Source: Macrostomum lignano
Taxonomy: Eukaryota
Assembly: GCA_002269645.1 (NCBI GenBank)
Contig: NIVC01003228.1
Coordinates: 45,797-109,796, forward strand
DNA: 64,000 nt
Direction of reading: 5' to 3'
Part shown: positions 60,150-64,000 of the stretch, piece after piece
How positions within the stretch are numbered: position 1 is the stretch's first letter
How the letters are laid out: every line of letters starts with the position of its first letter
Program-made: the position numbers and the translations under genes
Notes under the pieces: model-generated
The model's database searches: none
What the model saw: the letters and a program-made list of their open reading frames with translations, nothing else
What the model was told of the DNA's origin: nothing

Positions 60150-62605
60150 TGCGGCTGCGGGGCGGCAGCTGCTGGGGTGTCAGCGGCCGAGGGTGGTTGA
60201 CCAGGGGCGTCTGCGCACACAGCTTCTACGACCCTATCTCCACGCGCCCGTGACATGTGAATGCCGGATAGCTGGGGGAGTACCCACTACCGGGAAGGAA
60301 AAGAAAAGAAAACCGGGGCAACTACAGGTAAAGACCGAAAAGTTGACCCGAAACACACAAACACACTCACACACACACAAACACAGACAAAACTCACACA
60401 CTTGCGGCGTCGAAGAAAACAAATTGAAAAACGGGTGGCTCCACATAATTCCATTTAGGCAGTCCTAACGGCTTCACTCGGCAAAGCACACTGACTCAAA
60501 CTGCGGCTACCACTACCAGTTGTCTATGGCACATCCTGACAGGGAAAAATTGGCTATTCAGAGAGACTTGACCTTCATTTTGCGGCCATGCTAGGGAACC
60601 CAAATGCCGACCGTAAACGGACTTACGGCACCTGTACAAATTCTCCCTAGGGTTGCGCGCCGGACCCCATTTCCTTAAGAAAGCTACTACGAAGAAGCGT
60701 TGGCGCCTGGACCCAAAAACCCAAGTGGCGGGAGCAATCCCCATGGAGGTCCTCCCACTTTACTGCCCTTGCACAGCCGGAAAACCGTCGGAGTCCAGTG
60801 GGGCTTCCACCTCAGGACTACCAATCTTGTACACGCAGCTTCACAAAAGGCGGGAATCCAGCTCCCCTACGTCTAGCAGAATCCACAAAAACCAAGACCT
60901 CCCCTTTCTGTTCAGAGCGAAGGCGCGCAGCGGGAGTCCAGACTAAACTGTCCCCGAAGTTTTCAGGTTAGGCGGATTACAAGCCTGAAACTCTCGCCCG
61001 CTTTCCTAGGATAAACAGACCTAAGTGAGTATCTTCCTGAAATGCTTGCCCCTCCGATACTCCACCTTTGCTGCAGCTCGAAATAGCATACTTGGGACCT
61101 TTATCTGATGGCGGAGAAAGTCCTACAGTTGTCAGCCTCTCCACTTTACTGTACTTGAACGCCCGGTTCTACCAGGAGACAGCGGTACCTCCATCTAGGT
61201 TATTCCAAGTTGCCAGAGACGTCAACCCGTCTTATTGACCTTGCGGGGCACTGGGGTGGCACTCTATGTACCGGGGCTTTACATTAGGGGACTGCATGCA
61301 ACCCTGCGTCTAAGCGCTTAGTGGGCTGCAGTGGCCAGAGGGGAAAAGAGTTGCGCAATAGCGCCTTCCTGGGCCAGGCTGACAAGTCGGGCAGGAGCGC
61401 CGTTCTACCGGGTCGGGCTGATTGGCACCCCACCTCCCCTATCAGACTGACAGCAGGGGGGAGGAATTACTAAAGGAGGAGAATGCAGCAGGAAACATTA
61501 CGAGATCACTGGGGGCCACCAGACTTCCAGTACACCATTCCAATACTCACTGAACTCCACTATCAATAGGATACTATGGGATCTACTATTTCCAGCCACT
61601 GCACCAGCCCAAATGCAACCAAAGCAGTTACTACCGGGTCTGCAATACAGTGGGGAGAGTCAGCAGACACGTTGGGATCGAATCCCAGCCATGAAGGCAC
61701 CAGGGGTTACCGCAGAATTCAGGTCCGGGCTGATCGCAGGTATTCCATAGGAGGTGACACTTTTTTTAGCCCGAGATTTTTGAGTCACACTGATACCCTA
61801 CAGAGATACAATCACACCGCTATTCCCATTCCTGCGAGACTTTGGTATCCCCCAATGTTTCCAAGGCCATGACTACTGCTTCCCTTACTATGCATATATA
61901 GCGAGTTCCCCATAGCCCTTGATAGCTGTTCATTCTAATGGACAAACAAAACACGCTCCGGTCTCTACGCATTTCTAGGATTAACTGAGCGATCAGGGAG
62001 AGCGACTGTTACACTCCCCGAGTAAAAGAAAGAGGTAGGACAAAGGAAAGAAATGCTTCGCTTCCAGCTTCCCTGTGCTTGCGTGATGAGGCTTCCGTAC
62101 CTGGCTGGCTGTCCACCTCAACACTCACACAGTTCTGCTGTAGGCTAGGCGAGAGAAAGAAAGGGAGGGGAAATAAAGCATATTACCATGAAATAGAAAG
62201 TGAGTCCGGAAAATTCACTTTCGCAGTTCTTCACACACTCCGTTACCAGGTAGCTATTCTGATTGTAATCAAATCCGCTCGTCTACCACTTCACACTTTC
62301 TAGCGCTGAAACTGATCGGCTAAATTAATTTTAAATTGAATCAGGGGCTTTTGGCGAATGAATGAATTTGGAAATTTCGAATGAATTGAACGAATTCGCA
62401 GCCCGAAAAATTTGAAAAGTTACATTAATATTTTTGGATTTTGTTGCCTCACGCCATGGGAGAAGAGAATGACGATTGGCGATTTTTACGATTGGTAGAT
62501 TTAGACATGGCACTCTTTGCGCTTCGGCCACCATTCTGAGGGATGCCACAGGTGCGCTTGTCACATCTAAACCACCAGTCCGAAACTCAGCGCTGTTTGC
62601 ACCAG

Positions 62606-62623
62606 ATCCCACCGCTGCCACCA
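62606..62623 (-). other. Primer-binding site complementary to the tRNA-Leu (AAG/TAG) 3' end
   Basis: Plus strand ATCCCACCGCTGCCACCA matches the last 18 nt of metazoan tRNA-Leu-AAG including CCA (recalled sequence), 3 nt from the LTR end. Confidence 0.9.
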
Positions 62624-62626
62624 TTT

Positions 62627-64000
62627 TGATGTAACCGCCCTTGTCGCCTGTCCGCTCCGTAGAGAGACGAACGCATGGCTAGAGGGGGCAATGACCGTAG
62701 GCTGCCTATGACCGGGCAATGACCTGACGGACCTCCAGCACCAGACTGTCCCGCCCACATGATTAGTAGCTTTGGTAGCGCTTCGTGACCAGAGGGCCAA
62801 GGACCCACATGGACCCCACCTGTAGCCAAGGTGCAATAGTTGGTCACTCGGTCATGGTATGACCGAGTGGCTGCCACCACTCTATGTGACCTGGCGCACC
62901 TGGATCTTTCTACCAGACCTCTCGAGGCTAGAGCCCCGCCTGGATTGGTTACCAGGGGATTTAGGCTAACAGGGGAGACGCATGCAGCCGAGTACAGGGA
63001 CTCTGCTTGGGGCATGATCGGGAACTCTGGGCTCAATCCTGGAGGATTTCTCAGCAGGGGATCCTTTGTGGCTGTGAGCGAGGCTGACTTGCGACTTTGA
63101 TTACTAAGAGTAGTATGAGGCGAACATGTACTGTCTACAGTTTAGATTGCTCAGGGCGAAGGGACGCGTTAGCATGGGGTTGCAACCTTCCTACTGCCAT
63201 TCTGTGCCAAGACTCGCTAATCCCTCTACTGCACGCACACGCGGCCCCGCAGCACGCACTCACAGGCGGGCTTTGCACGGGGAGAGGCCATTAGCTTACC
63301 CAAACTTCCTTATGCTTTGCCACCCCGGGAGAAAGGCTTAGCAAGCCATGAGTGAAATGATGGTGAAAGATTGAATAATGATGAAGTTAGTTAATAGTTA
63401 ATAATTAGGCCCTTAGGCAAATAGCAGGCAATTAGGCGGCTTCACTATTGAGTAAAATACAGCAAAAGATACGGTATCACAATTGGCTCAGCTCTCTAAT
63501 CAGACAATGGAAAATAGGCAAACCCCGGATAAGCAAAGGCAATTAGAGCACAAATTAGTAGCAGGAACTTACCGGCAGCTGCACAGAGAGAGAGAGAGCG
63601 GAGTGACGAGGGCGGCTGTAGGCTGCAGTCAGGCAGACGGTGAAGCGGCGATGCGCTGGAGCGACGAGGCGCTGATGTAGATCAGGCGATGCTGATGATG
63701 CTGGGCGGTATCAGACCGCTGGCCGATAGGCGAGCTCACTTGGGGAGCTAAGGATAACTTGGCGGTAACAGACCGCGGGCCGGCAGGGATTCGTCTTATA
63801 GACGAATGGGTCAGAACTCAATCTGACAGCAAGTCCAAAGAAGGACGAGGAGAGGAACAGAGATAAACTCAGTTGAGTATTCTCATGCCGAAATCGCTTC
63901 CTTTTATAGACCTCACAGCCGCCTCCTCAAGGTCGTTACCATGGCTCCCTCTCTCTGATTGGCTGCCGGCAGAATGACGTCAGAATGAGTCATGATGAGA
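62627..64000 (-). repeat. 5' LTR, partial
   Basis: Near-identical to the first ~1375 bp of the 3' LTR (from 53575). Confidence 0.9.

Larger units (their letters stand above)
53575..64000 (-). mobile_element. Large non-autonomous LTR retrotransposon (gag + protease only), 5' LTR truncated by the window end
   Basis: 3' LTR 53575-55794 has TGATGTAACC...GGTTACATCA ends and an adjacent PPT (minus AGTGGGGGTG). The 5' LTR starts at 62627 and differs from the 3' LTR at only about a dozen sites over 1374 bp. tRNA-Leu PBS present. No RT, RNase H or integrase seen. Confidence 0.9.

Overview
Eukaryotic (metazoan) genomic DNA, very rich in repeats. GC-rich Ala-rich exons, poly-G runs and minisatellite-filled introns suggest a free-living flatworm such as Macrostomum (inference only). 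Three host genes were reconstructed by eye with GT-AG introns and consistent phases: a PFTAIRE kinase (CDK14-like, minus, core exons 11372-15165, candidate 5' exons to 25439), an achaete-scute bHLH gene (minus, 29377-30934, one intron) and a divergent, probably Wnt11-like Wnt (plus, 41616-47327, five exons). Mobile elements: an internally deleted Tc1/IS630-type element cut by the window start; a 1.43-kb P-element derivative with an intact THAP ORF and 8-bp TSD; a 5'-truncated RTE LINE with a ~170-bp TSD; a Mag-like Ty3/gypsy element with identical 169-bp LTRs inside a 22-bp satellite; several MITEs; and a large non-autonomous LTR element (2.2-kb LTRs, tRNA-Leu PBS, gag and protease relics only) running off the window end. 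The most unusual signals are in that last element: a spaced array of about 8 copies of its own PBS/LTR-end junction, lying in the intron of an apparent antisense, TATA-driven spliced unit. The Wnt also has a remodelled Frizzled-binding index finger lacking the W-C-C tip.
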